From NCBI GenBank assembly GCA_964469525.1, contig CAYXYU010000001.1, positions 266,144 through 330,143 of the forward strand: DNA of 64,000 nt, written 5' to 3'. Shown here in pieces: positions 9,443 through 18,151 of the stretch. A program made the translations under genes and the position numbers. The notes below the pieces were generated by a model. It made no database searches, was not told the DNA's origin, and worked only from the letters and a program-made list of their open reading frames with translations. Within the stretch, counting starts at the first letter, position 1. The number at the start of each line of letters is the position of its first letter. This DNA is from an uncultured Rickettsiales bacterium (lineage in GTDB: Bacteria; Pseudomonadota; Alphaproteobacteria; Rickettsiales; SXRF01).

Positions 9443-10074
9443 TGCCGCTACTTTATCTGGCACTGGCTCTTATTGCCTTCGCCGCGCTGGCGGTGCTGGC
9501 ATGGCCAGTATGGCGGGCGCAGGATATCCCGCTGCCGCAGCGCAAACGGGCAGTTTTGGCGCTGGCGGCGTTCTTTTTTCTCGGCGGCTTCGGGTTGTAT
9601 CAACTGTTGGGCACGCCGGAGATCGTGCCATTGCTGAAGGCGCGCGAGGAAAAGCTGGCGGAGATAAAAGAAACCGTTCTGCGCCGCTCGCAGGAAGTCC
9701 AGTCGGACCCGAAAAACCTGGGGGCATGGGTCGAACTGGGGCAGAGCTTCATGGAAATCGGGCAGTTCGACGGGGCAGCGAATGCGTTCAAGCAGGCGGT
9801 GCTGATTTCCGAAGGGCACCCTGCCATCATCATGGCCTATGCCAAGGCGCAGATCGCGGCGGCAGACGGCAAGGTGACCGACCAAGCGAAAAAAGGCTTG
9901 GAGATGGTGCTGCTGCAGGAACCCGAGAATCAGGAAGCGCGCTACTGGCTGATCGTCCGGCAGCTGCAGGATGGTAGGCAGGAGGATGCGATGCGGTCGA
10001 TGAAGGAACTATACCGCTCGTTGCCGGATGATTCGCCGCTGAAGGAGCGGATCAACCGGCAGATTGGGCGTTAG
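9442..10074 (+). CDS. ccmI: Cytochrome c-type biogenesis protein CcmI/CycH-like (TPR)
   Basis: The start is taken at the ATG at 9442, which forms a TAATG overlap with the ccmH stop. The product has two N-terminal TM helices followed by TPR-like repeats. It is shorter than classical CycH. Confidence 0.65.
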   Translation: MPLLYLALALIAFAALAVLAWPVWRAQDIPLPQRKRAVLALAAFFFLGGFGLYQLLGTPEIVPLLKAREEKLAEIKETVLRRSQEVQSDPKNLGAWVELGQSFMEIGQFDGAANAFKQAVLISEGHPAIIMAYAKAQIAAADGKVTDQAKKGLEMVLLQEPENQEARYWLIVRQLQDGRQEDAMRSMKELYRSLPDDSPLKERINRQIGR

Positions 10075-10946
10075 AACCGTGCCGGATCGGCGGGGTAAAC
10101 GCCTAAAACCGACACTTTTTTGCAATAAAAACTCAGCTCTTCGAGCGCATTTTGCACTGGTTTCTGGCTCGGATGGCCTTCGCAGGTGAGGAAAAACTGC
10201 GCCGATTCGCGCGCCGCGCCGCCCGGAATATAGCTCTCGAGCTTCACAATATTGACATTATTGGTCGCAAAACCGCCCAGAGATTTATACAAAGCGGCCG
10301 GAATATTACGCACTGAGAACAGGAGCGTGGTGAGGATACGCGTGCCTTCCTGCGGCTCGGGATCAATCGGTTCGCGGGCGATGATGATGAACACCGTCAC
10401 GTTGTCGTCCGAATCCTGCATATGCTCTTTGAGCACGGTGAGCCCGTAAAGCTGCCCGGCGAGCGGCGAGGCGATGGCAGCTTTAGTGGGGTCGTTCCAT
10501 TTCGCCACGTCGGCGGCGGCGGCGGCGGTGTTGGAATAGGTGTGCGTAGTGAGCTTCAGTTGACGCAGGTTATCGCGGCATTGCAATAACCCCTGCGGAT
10601 GCGAATATACATCTTTAACTGTCTTCAGCGTGGCGCCTTTGGGGGCCAGCAGCTGATGCTCAATATGCTGGAAATACTCCCCGACGATATGCAGATTAGT
10701 TTTAGGCAGCAAATGATGGATCTCCGCCACGCGTCCGGCCTGCGAATTCTCGATGGGGATCATGCCGAGCGCCGCCTTGCCCGACGCCACTGCCTCGAAC
10801 ACATCTTCGAAACTGGGGCACGGCAGGGTCTGCATGTACGGGCAGGCCTGACGGCAGGCCAGATCGGCATTGGCCCCTTCCACGCCCATAAAGGCAATGG
10901 TATTTTCGGGATCGATGATGGCTTGAGGCACGGTTGTACTGGACAT
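10071..10946 (-). CDS. pheA: Prephenate dehydratase
   Basis: The PDT domain shows in GVEGANADLA and IPIENSQAGRV. The C-terminal ACT domain shows in TTLLFSVRNIPAALYKSLGGFATNNVNIVKLESYIP. Confidence 0.88.
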   Translation of the reverse strand: MSSTTVPQAIIDPENTIAFMGVEGANADLACRQACPYMQTLPCPSFEDVFEAVASGKAALGMIPIENSQAGRVAEIHHLLPKTNLHIVGEYFQHIEHQLLAPKGATLKTVKDVYSHPQGLLQCRDNLRQLKLTTHTYSNTAAAAADVAKWNDPTKAAIASPLAGQLYGLTVLKEHMQDSDDNVTVFIIIAREPIDPEPQEGTRILTTLLFSVRNIPAALYKSLGGFATNNVNIVKLESYIPGGAARESAQFFLTCEGHPSQKPVQNALEELSFYCKKVSVLGVYPADPARF

Positions 10947-11000
10947 AAGCTAATAAAAATCCTAAATAAGAGGGCTTTAATAACATGTAACAAAGCAATT

Positions 11001-11067
11001 GTCATCCTCGGGCTTGCCCCGGGGGTCCATTTTTAAAAGAATGGATTCCCGCCTTCGCGGGAATGAC
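11001..11067. repeat. Short two-hairpin palindromic element of the GTCAT...ATGAC class
   Basis: The sequence is GTCATCCTCGGGCTTGCCCCGGGGGTCCAT, a 12-nt spacer, then GGATTCCCGCCTTCGCGGGAATGAC. The terminal GGGAATGAC supplies the ATG at 11063. Confidence 0.85.
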
Positions 11068-12439
11068 AAAGAAAGCATATGAAATGACTGTCAAAAAATG
11101 GACCCCCGAAACCTGGCGCAAGCTGCCGATCAAGCAGCAGCCGGAATATAAAAATGCCCAGCAGTTAAAGGCGGTTGAGGGGCAGCTGGCGATGATGCCG
11201 GTGCTGGCGTCGCCCGATGAGGCGCGGGCGTTGAAGCGCGAGCTGGCGCAGGCGGCGGTGGGCAAGGCGTTCCTGCTGCAGGGTGGCGATTGCGCGGAGA
11301 GTTTTGCCGAGTTTTCCGAGGATAACCTGCGCCGGTTTTTCCGGGTATTGCTGCAGATGACCATGGCGCTGATGTATGGCGCGGGGGTGCCGGTGGTGAA
11401 GGTCGGGCGCATCGCCGGGCAGTTCGCCAAGCCGCGCTCGGAAGGTACGGAGAAAAAAGAAGGTAAGGAGCTACCGGCCTATCGCGGCGACATGGTCAAT
11501 GCCATGGAGTTCGACGAAAATGGGCGCATACCCGATCCCGAGCGGCTGCTTCGCGCCTATTACCAAGGCGCGGCGACCATCAATTACCTGCGCACGCTGG
11601 CGCGTGGCGGCTATGCGTCGCTCAACCGCATCAACCGCTGGAACATGGAGTTCGCACAGAGTTCGGCGCAGGGCAAGCGCTTCTCCGACCTGGTGGCGCG
11701 CATCAATGAGTGCATCGGCTTTATTTCGGCTTGCGGCCTGCCGATCGACGAGGTCGAGCAGTTCTCTGAGGCCAGCTTCTTCACCTCGCACGAGGCGCTG
11801 CTGCTCAATTATGAGGCGGCGCTGACCCGATTCAGCAAGACGGATGAGAAATATTACGCCGGATCGGCGCATATGCTGTGGATCGGTGACCGCACGCGCT
11901 CGCCCGACGAGGCGCATGTCGAGTTTATGCGCGGCATTGCCAATCCGATTGCGATGAAGTGCGGCCCTTCGATGACGACGGACGGCCTGCTCAAACTGAT
12001 CGACATCCTGAACCCCGAGAACGAACCGGGGCGCCTCACCCTGATTTCGCGCATGGGCGCGACCAAGGTCGGCGAGCTGTTGCCGCCGCTGGTACGTGCG
12101 GTGCAGAAGGAAGGCCGGAGCGTCGTCTGGTCGTGCGATCCGATGCACGGCAACACCATCAAGTCGCCCAACGGCTATAAGACGCGCAAATTCACCGACA
12201 TCCTGACCGAGGTGCGCCAGTTCTTCGCCGTGCACAAGGCGGAAGGCACGGTGGCAGGCGGCATGCATTTTGAGATGACCGGGCAGGACGTGACCGAATG
12301 TTTAGGCGGCGCGCAGGCGATTTCGGAGATGAATCTTTCGGACCGGTATCACACCCACTGCGACCCACGTCTTAACGCTTCGCAATCACTGGAGCTGGCG
12401 TTTTTGATTGCCGAGACGCTGAAGAAGCAGAAATCCTAA
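11063..12439 (+). CDS. 3-deoxy-7-phosphoheptulonate (DAHP) synthase, class II
   Basis: The 458-aa product has class II hallmarks: [35 protein letters not shown] and CDPMHGNT. The start is either the ATG at 11063 (inside the repeat terminus) or at 11084. Confidence 0.88.
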   Translation: MTKKAYEMTVKKWTPETWRKLPIKQQPEYKNAQQLKAVEGQLAMMPVLASPDEARALKRELAQAAVGKAFLLQGGDCAESFAEFSEDNLRRFFRVLLQMTMALMYGAGVPVVKVGRIAGQFAKPRSEGTEKKEGKELPAYRGDMVNAMEFDENGRIPDPERLLRAYYQGAATINYLRTLARGGYASLNRINRWNMEFAQSSAQGKRFSDLVARINECIGFISACGLPIDEVEQFSEASFFTSHEALLLNYEAALTRFSKTDEKYYAGSAHMLWIGDRTRSPDEAHVEFMRGIANPIAMKCGPSMTTDGLLKLIDILNPENEPGRLTLISRMGATKVGELLPPLVRAVQKEGRSVVWSCDPMHGNTIKSPNGYKTRKFTDILTEVRQFFAVHKAEGTVAGGMHFEMTGQDVTECLGGAQAISEMNLSDRYHTHCDPRLNASQSLELAFLIAETLKKQKS

Positions 12440-12441
12440 CC

Positions 12442-12574
12442 GTCATTCCGGCCAGAATTTAATTTTTGGCCGGAATCCAGTGTGCCGCGTCTGCGGCACG
12501 AATATTCCATACCGCGCCCACGGCGCTTGACTGGATTCCCCTATAATTTTGCTACGCAAAATTCGGGGAATGAC
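12442..12574. repeat. 133-bp two-hairpin composite element, paralog of 16050..16172
   Basis: The left hairpin is GTCATTCCGGCCAGAATTTAATTTTTGGCCGGAATCCAG. A shared central segment (TGTGCCGCGTCTGCGGCACGAATA...GGCGCTTGACTGG) follows. The right hairpin is ATTCCCCTATAATTTTGCTACGCAAAATTCGGGGAATGAC. The element starts 2 nt after the DAHP synthase stop. Confidence 0.88.
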
Positions 12575-12582
12575 AAAAAGAA

Positions 12583-12606
12583 GCCGAGACGCTGAAGAAG
12601 CAAAAA
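12583..12606 (+). repeat. Second copy of the 3' end of the DAHP synthase gene (direct repeat of 12410..12433)
   Basis: GCCGAGACGCTGAAGAAGCAAAAA matches GCCGAGACGCTGAAGAAGCAGAAA at 23 of 24 positions. Both copies are followed within 6 nt by an in-frame stop, and together they bracket the 12442..12574 element. Confidence 0.85.
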
Positions 12607-12698
12607 GGATGATTGATGGAAAGATGATAGATGATAAGATGACACTCTTATTATCTATTCTCTTATCATCCATTATCTATTCCTAAGGAATCATCACT

Positions 12699-13001
12699 AT
12701 GACCAAGACAAAAACCGGCGGCATCGCCGCCGATCAGTTGCGCAGCATCATTCAGCGTGTCGAGAAACTCGAAGAGGAAAAGGCGGGGATTTCCGCCGAC
12801 ATACGCGACGTGTTTGCCGAGGCCAAGGGTAACGGGTTCGACGTCAAGGCCATCCGCACCATTATCAAGATGCGCAAGATGGATCAGTCTGAGCGCGAAG
12901 AGCAGGAAACCGTGCTCGACACCTACCTTCATGCGCTCGGCATGCTGCCGGAGGACGACACGCGTGCCCGCAAACGCGAAGAGGAATTCGAGGCGGCGTG
13001 A
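12699..13001 (+). CDS. gapR: GapR/UPF0335 (DUF2312) family DNA-binding protein
   Basis: The 100-aa product reads QLRSIIQRVEKLEEEKAGISADIRDVFAEAKGNGFDVKAIRTIIKMRKMD...ETVLDTYLHALGM. This closely matches the conserved alphaproteobacterial GapR pattern. Confidence 0.82.
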   Translation: MTKTKTGGIAADQLRSIIQRVEKLEEEKAGISADIRDVFAEAKGNGFDVKAIRTIIKMRKMDQSEREEQETVLDTYLHALGMLPEDDTRARKREEEFEAA

Positions 13002-13005
13002 TACT

Positions 13006-13034
13006 CCTCCCCCTACGGGGGAAGGGATTTTTTT
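13006..13034 (+). terminator. Rho-independent terminator of gapR, embedded in the 3' end of the convergent GT2 gene
   Basis: The stem CCTCCCCC, loop TAC and stem GGGGGAAGG are followed by GATTTTTTTG. The hairpin loop contains the stop codon of the minus-strand gene 13013..13786. Confidence 0.7.
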
Positions 13035-13786
13035 GATTCCCACACCTTTGCCAGTCTGGTGAAGCGGCTGAAGCCGTACATCACGGAATTGACGAATCCC
13101 CAGAAGCCCTGCAGGCAATAGCCGCGCAGGATATAGGCCTTGAGGAACCCCAGCGGGAATGCCAGCAGGATGCGCGTGCGCAGCAAAGGCAGCGGTACCC
13201 CGCGCTCCATCATATCCTGCGCCTGCATGTCGGAGTAGCGGTTGATTTTCGCAATGCTGTGCGCGATGCCGCGTGACGAATAATGCAGCACACTATGTTT
13301 CAAATCCCCCACCGTCCCGCGCTCCATATACACCCGGTCGTGCACGCTGCTGTCGTGGTAGCGCCCGGACTGGCGGTTATAGAGGCGGATGGCATTGATG
13401 CTGTGCGCAAAGGGAGCAGGCTTGTCCCTACCCGGCATCACTTCAACAATATCTAACCGGTAAGCATCATGCGAGGGTTGGTGCGTGAACAGCGCCGCAA
13501 TCTCCTCTGCCAACTTTGGACTTACCACCTCATCGGCATCAAGGTTCAAAAGCCAGTCGTTGCGGCACTGGTCTTCCCCGAAGCGCTTCTGCGGGCCGTA
13601 GCCGGGCCAGGGATTGAAGATGACGCGTCCTCCCGCCGCCTCCGCGACCTCCACCGTATTGTCGGTGCTGCCGCTGTCGATAACCACTATTTCGTCTACC
13701 CAGTCACGTACGCTGGCGATAGTGCGACTGATGCGGTCGGACTCGTTGACGGCGATGATGAATACGGACAGCGGAAGCTTACTCAA
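13013..13786 (-). CDS. Glycosyltransferase family 2
   Basis: The product reads LSVFIIAVNESDRISRTIASVRDWVDEIVVIDSGSTDNTVEVA...NLDADEVV, with DxD-type GT-A motifs. Confidence 0.8.
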   Translation of the reverse strand: MSKLPLSVFIIAVNESDRISRTIASVRDWVDEIVVIDSGSTDNTVEVAEAAGGRVIFNPWPGYGPQKRFGEDQCRNDWLLNLDADEVVSPKLAEEIAALFTHQPSHDAYRLDIVEVMPGRDKPAPFAHSINAIRLYNRQSGRYHDSSVHDRVYMERGTVGDLKHSVLHYSSRGIAHSIAKINRYSDMQAQDMMERGVPLPLLRTRILLAFPLGFLKAYILRGYCLQGFWGFVNSVMYGFSRFTRLAKVWESKKSLPP

Positions 13787-15083
13787 CCGGTAATCCTTTC
13801 ATGCGCGGCAGGCTGGCGCTCACGGCGAGGCTATACCAGAACAGGATGGCCGGCCAGTTGGAAAAAGCGCTCTGCGTAATGATAAGCGGGAACAGTACTA
13901 CCGCCATGCCAGCGCAGGCAAACGCCGCCAGGATGCAGGACGGACCGGTAAATTCCATGTCACGCCACGCCCGCCGGACGATCAGCAGCATGGAAAATAC
14001 GAATAGCAGGAAACCGGATGTTCCGGTGGCTTCCAGCCATTGCAGGTAGATATTGTGCGGATGCATGTCGCAGAAGAATACCTGCAGCACCGGCATGTTT
14101 TCCTGACAGGCGTCGCGGAACTGCTGCGCGCCGATGCCGGTCAGCGGATGCTGCGCCCACAGGCCGATGGCGGCCTTGAACAATTGACCGTAATACGTGT
14201 TCTCGACGTCGGACAGCTGCTGGAGAGAGAACAGGATCCGGTGCTGGAGGCCGGGCTGCGTAGACACGACCACTGCCACCAGCGCCGCCATCAGCACGCC
14301 GGCCAGCAGCAGCCGGCGCCGGAGGATGGGGCGGCAGACAAACAGCGTCAGGCCGATAACGCCGAGCCCAAGCAGCGAGAGGAGAGTAGCCGAGCGTTCG
14401 GAACTGACCATGATCACCACCAGTATCAGCATGGCGGCACCGATAGCCCAGCAGAGGCGACGGTAATTCCGGTGCGCAACGAAGTAGTAGAATAGAACGC
14501 CTGTCAGGGGCAGCCCTACCTTTAGCAGGTAATTGCCTACGTTGGGATGCCCCAGCATGCCGGTCAGTCGCGTCCACCGGTTGACGATATTTCCCGTTTG
14601 CGTGATGTCGTGTCCCGACAGGGAGGTGCCGGTCAGGTACTGCCAGCCGCCATCGATCGCCACCATCAGCACAGCGGCCATCCCTGCTGTGGCAGCGATG
14701 CCAAGTGCGCTGGGCGAGATGAGCAGCCAGTAGCGCAGCGCCGCGTAAAACAGTACGAAGCGTCCCCAGATCAATGCAACGATGAAGCTCTGCCGCGCAT
14801 CGTAGGGCGTAAGCGGGCTCATCAGCATCATGAGCACCCAGAGGGCCGCAAGCGTCCGTATCTCAGGTTCACGTATCCAGCCCCAGTCGCGGGTGATGGC
14901 GCAGTGCATAACGAACAGTAGCCCGATCAGACTGGCGGCGATGTCCGCCCCTGCACGGCTGACCGCAAGCAGCAACGGCAGCGCGCATAGTAGAGTGAAT
15001 GCCGCATGCTGCGTCGAACGGAAAAACAGGCGCGGCTCAGGCAGCACTGCCTGCAACACGGCGCACTCCCTGCAGTGAGGCAA
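13779..15083 (-). CDS. O-antigen ligase/polymerase-like (Wzy_C) polytopic membrane protein
   Basis: The product has roughly 10-12 predicted TM segments and a large loop region, and it sits between two GT2 genes. The start is uncertain. The ATG at 15083 overlaps the upstream gene by 47 nt, and GTG alternatives exist at 15059 and 15047. Confidence 0.6.
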   Translation of the reverse strand: MPHCRECAVLQAVLPEPRLFFRSTQHAAFTLLCALPLLLAVSRAGADIAASLIGLLFVMHCAITRDWGWIREPEIRTLAALWVLMMLMSPLTPYDARQSFIVALIWGRFVLFYAALRYWLLISPSALGIAATAGMAAVLMVAIDGGWQYLTGTSLSGHDITQTGNIVNRWTRLTGMLGHPNVGNYLLKVGLPLTGVLFYYFVAHRNYRRLCWAIGAAMLILVVIMVSSERSATLLSLLGLGVIGLTLFVCRPILRRRLLLAGVLMAALVAVVVSTQPGLQHRILFSLQQLSDVENTYYGQLFKAAIGLWAQHPLTGIGAQQFRDACQENMPVLQVFFCDMHPHNIYLQWLEATGTSGFLLFVFSMLLIVRRAWRDMEFTGPSCILAAFACAGMAVVLFPLIITQSAFSNWPAILFWYSLAVSASLPRMKGLPVE

Positions 15084-15984
15084 AAAATTCAGTCATTTGC
15101 GCCAATTCATTGTCGTTGACGGGTTCCAGCGTCCATTTTGAGCGCACATAACGCAGGAAATCCGGTGACAAGGTAGCGCGGAGCTTGCCGCGCATGAGGC
15201 GGTGCTGCTTCCACATGGCCGATAGGCAGCGACGGTACAGGTGGCGGCGCGCCGTTTCGTCAAGATCGGGGAAATCCACCAGCATGTCGCGGTGGGCCAG
15301 GAAGCGGTCATGGTTGAGCTGCGATACGTTGCGCGACAGTTCACCTTCGACCTTGGGAATCAGTAAAATGGGTGCTTTGAGCACGATGAAGCGCCGCGCG
15401 ACGCGCGACAGGCGAAGGCCCAGCGATTCGTCCTGGATAAAGACGCGCTCGTCGCAGCCGCCTGCCTGCATGAAGGTCTCGCGCCGTACCAGCTGCGACA
15501 TGCGGTGGATACGCTGCTGGAACACGAATGCCATGGGATTGTCGCTGACGATGTATTCGGCATTCTCGGGCACGCGCCGTCCAATCAGCTTTTCACTCTC
15601 AGTCTCGGTTTTTGTCCACCCGCCATGCACCACGTCAGCGTCATGCGCCTCCATCAACGCCAGCATCAGCGAGGTGGCGTTGGCGGCCAGTATGTCATCG
15701 GAGTCGATAAACTGCAGGTACTTTCCGCGCGCCAGCCGCGCTCCCTGGTTGACGCGCACGCTTGGGCCGGCGTTGGTACTGTTTTTCACGATGGTAACAT
15801 TGAGAACGCCGCGGGTGACCTCCTCGATGACTGCCAGCGAGCGGTCGGTCGATACGTCGTCAACGAAGATATATTCGGATGGAATATTGCCGTCCTGCTT
15901 CAGCAGCGACGTCGCCGTATGCCCGATATACGGCTCCTTATTGTACACGGTGACGATATAGCTGACGGTGATGTTATCGGTCAT
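15037..15984 (-). CDS. Glycosyltransferase family 2
   Basis: The product reads VSYIVTVYNKEPYIGHTATSLLKQ...YIFVDDVSTDRS...YLQFIDSDD, which are GT-A DxD motifs. Confidence 0.8.
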   Translation of the reverse strand: MTDNITVSYIVTVYNKEPYIGHTATSLLKQDGNIPSEYIFVDDVSTDRSLAVIEEVTRGVLNVTIVKNSTNAGPSVRVNQGARLARGKYLQFIDSDDILAANATSLMLALMEAHDADVVHGGWTKTETESEKLIGRRVPENAEYIVSDNPMAFVFQQRIHRMSQLVRRETFMQAGGCDERVFIQDESLGLRLSRVARRFIVLKAPILLIPKVEGELSRNVSQLNHDRFLAHRDMLVDFPDLDETARRHLYRRCLSAMWKQHRLMRGKLRATLSPDFLRYVRSKWTLEPVNDNELAQMTEFFASLQGVRRVAGSAA

Positions 15985-16049
15985 GGCTCGCTCTTTTTTT
16001 GCTGTAATGTCAAAGCATAACGGCCGGATGTTGTAAACGGGAAGTTATC

Positions 16050-16172
16050 ATCATTCCCGGAAAGCAGGAATCCAGTAGTGCTGCGTCTACGGCACGAATA
16101 GGTTCTATACCACCCATGGCGCTTGGACTGGATCCCCCTATAATTTTGCTTGCGCAAAATTCGGGGAATGAC
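16050..16172. repeat. 123-bp two-hairpin composite element, paralog of 12442..12574
   Basis: The sequence is ATCATTCCCGGAAAGCAGGAATCCAG, then TAGTGCTGCGTCTACGGCACGAATAGG...GGCGCTTGGACTGG, then ATCCCCCTATAATTTTGCTTGCGCAAAATTCGGGGAATGAC. It ends 3 nt from the pyrF stop. Confidence 0.88.
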
Positions 16173-16175
16173 GAT

Positions 16176-16877
16176 TTAAAGATTTTGATAAATCTCCGCC
16201 GCTGCTTCCCCCGGGTTTTCGGCTTCGGTAATAGGCCGACCGATGACCAGATAATCTGCCCCCTGCTTAAGCGCTTCCTTCGGCGTCATGGTGCGCTTCT
16301 GGTCGTCTTTCGCGCTGCCTTCCGGGCGAATGCCGGGAACAATACGTAAAAAACTTTTTGGCACGGCGGCCTTCAATATATCCAATTCTAGGGCTGAACA
16401 GACAATCCCACCCAGACCGGCATTCTTTGCCAGTTGGGCCATTGATTTGACCTGTTCTTTCATATCTCTTTCAATGCCGATGGCGCGTAGATCATCGCGT
16501 TCCAAGCTGGTCAGCACAGTCACCCCCACTACCTTTGGAGCATTCTCGAATTTAAAAATGTCACTAATGGTTTTGGAGGCATCTTCCATCATCTTCTTGC
16601 CGCCGGATATATGAACCGTCGTCATGAAAATGTTTAAATCTGACAGCGCCCGCATTGCGCCGACAACGGTATTGGGAATGTCATGAAACTTGAGATCGAG
16701 AAAGATCGGAATGCCTGACGCCTCCAGCTCTTTTACTCCCCTCACCCCATTATAAGTAAAAAACTCCAGTCCCAGCTTGATAGCGCCAATATGGGGTTTG
16801 ATCTGTCGAGCCAGCCGCTTGGCTTTGTCGATATCGGTGGTATCGATGGCGCATATGATGGGATTGTGAGTGCTCAT
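16176..16877 (-). CDS. pyrF: Orotidine 5'-phosphate decarboxylase
   Basis: The product has the IICAIDT, IKLGLEFF, IFLDLKFHDIPNTV and VIGRPI motifs. The start is taken at MSTHNP (16877). Confidence 0.9.
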   Translation of the reverse strand: MSTHNPIICAIDTTDIDKAKRLARQIKPHIGAIKLGLEFFTYNGVRGVKELEASGIPIFLDLKFHDIPNTVVGAMRALSDLNIFMTTVHISGGKKMMEDASKTISDIFKFENAPKVVGVTVLTSLERDDLRAIGIERDMKEQVKSMAQLAKNAGLGGIVCSALELDILKAAVPKSFLRIVPGIRPEGSAKDDQKRTMTPKEALKQGADYLVIGRPITEAENPGEAAAEIYQNL

Positions 16878-17014
16878 AGAGATGTAAGTAATCCGCCGGA
16901 TTCGGCAAGTCACCAAAAATGTGGTTATTCCCCACCCAATTATTAGTTGATAATATAAATATATATGCTATTTTAGGTGGCATATTCTGGTGCAAAAATA
17001 GAGAGATATGCATC

Positions 17015-17629
17015 ATGATGCCCATTCATATATCCAGAACCTCCACCGATTACCTACGAAAAATTAAGGTATTGGTCGTCGACAGCGACCAGCGGATCAT
17101 CGATCTGATGGTCAATGTGCTGCAGCATCTCGGGTTCAGGGACATCTTCGGAGCCAGGGATGGCTTTAGGGCCGTGCAGACCATGCGTGGGCACGATATT
17201 GACCTAATTATCACCGACTGGGAACTGCGGCCGTTTGAAGAAGAGCATCCCCTCGACCTGCCTCCGAACCCGGTGATTTATTCCGAGCTGTGGACGCCGG
17301 TGCCGCCGGAGGACGGCGCCTGCCTGGTCAAGTATATCCGCGCGTCGAAATATTCCCCGAATCCGTATGTACCGGTCATCATGCTGACCGGCCTTGGCCT
17401 GCGCGACCATATTGAATACGCGCGCGATTGCGGCGTCAACGAAATCATGCTCAAGCCATTGTCGATGGAGCGCCTATGCCAGCGTATCACGGCCATCATC
17501 GACGCTCCTCGTCCCTTCGTCACCGCCACGGCCTATCAGGGGCCGTGCCGGCGGAGAAACCCCGACCCCTGCTTCAAGGGAAAGGAGCGGCGGCGCAAGG
17601 ATGTCAAAGTCTTTAAGCATGGTAAGTAA
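17015..17629 (+). CDS. Single-domain response regulator with an insertion after the phospho-acceptor Asp and an Arg/Lys-rich C-terminal tail
   Basis: Receiver motifs are KVLVVDSD, LIITDWEL, VIMLTG and EIMLKP. About 25 extra residues lie between DWELRP and DG. The tail reads PFVTATAYQGPCRRRNPDPCFKGKERRRKD. The start is the ATG at 17015, preceded by GAGAGA. Confidence 0.75.
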   Translation: MMPIHISRTSTDYLRKIKVLVVDSDQRIIDLMVNVLQHLGFRDIFGARDGFRAVQTMRGHDIDLIITDWELRPFEEEHPLDLPPNPVIYSELWTPVPPEDGACLVKYIRASKYSPNPYVPVIMLTGLGLRDHIEYARDCGVNEIMLKPLSMERLCQRITAIIDAPRPFVTATAYQGPCRRRNPDPCFKGKERRRKDVKVFKHGK

Positions 17630-17640
17630 AGGAGTAAAAG

Positions 17641-18150
17641 GTGCCAGTTCTGCATCCGAAGAAAAAAACTGAACCGTACCTGACAATTCCCGAAAATATC
17701 CTGCGCCGGAAGATTGGAGCGCATGTCAAATTGAGCGATATTTTCACAGCGGATAAAATCCATGAGTGCCAGGACATCATCGATCAGGCGCTGGCAGACC
17801 TGCTCCGAGAAATGGAAACCGAGCTGGCCGGTGCCGGTAATGCTTATATCATCTGTGTGGATGACCGGGCACAGGCTGCAAAGGCCCTGGAGAAAGTCGC
17901 AGCGGTGGCGGGCAGCATCAAGCATCGCATGGAGTCGCTCGATTTTGCGTTCGGTTTCCGGGTTGCGCAATCGCTCTGTGACTATCTATGCGGCGCTCTT
18001 GCCTCCAGCCAGGACACGTTGCTGATTGTGTGCAAGCACATCGCCGTATTGAACATCATCATCCGAGATCAAGTCAAAGGCGATGGCGGAATCATGGGAC
18101 AGGAAATACTAGGCAATCTGGATACGCTGATTAAAAAATCCCGAAAGTAA
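17641..18150 (+). CDS. Hypothetical all-helical protein, possible phosphotransfer/accessory partner of the upstream receiver
   Basis: The 169-aa ORF starts at a GTG located 5 nt after an AAAGGAG Shine-Dalgarno sequence and 11 nt after the receiver stop. I recognised no family confidently. A lone His sits in the helix context AGSIKHRMESL. Confidence 0.55.
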   Translation: MPVLHPKKKTEPYLTIPENILRRKIGAHVKLSDIFTADKIHECQDIIDQALADLLREMETELAGAGNAYIICVDDRAQAAKALEKVAAVAGSIKHRMESLDFAFGFRVAQSLCDYLCGALASSQDTLLIVCKHIAVLNIIIRDQVKGDGGIMGQEILGNLDTLIKKSRK

Positions 18151-18151
18151 G

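Noticed and set aside
12443-12673. A 76-aa minus-strand ORF.
   Set aside because: It lies entirely within the repeat element, the duplicated gene end and an AT-rich hairpin region. It has no Shine-Dalgarno sequence and a low-complexity translation.
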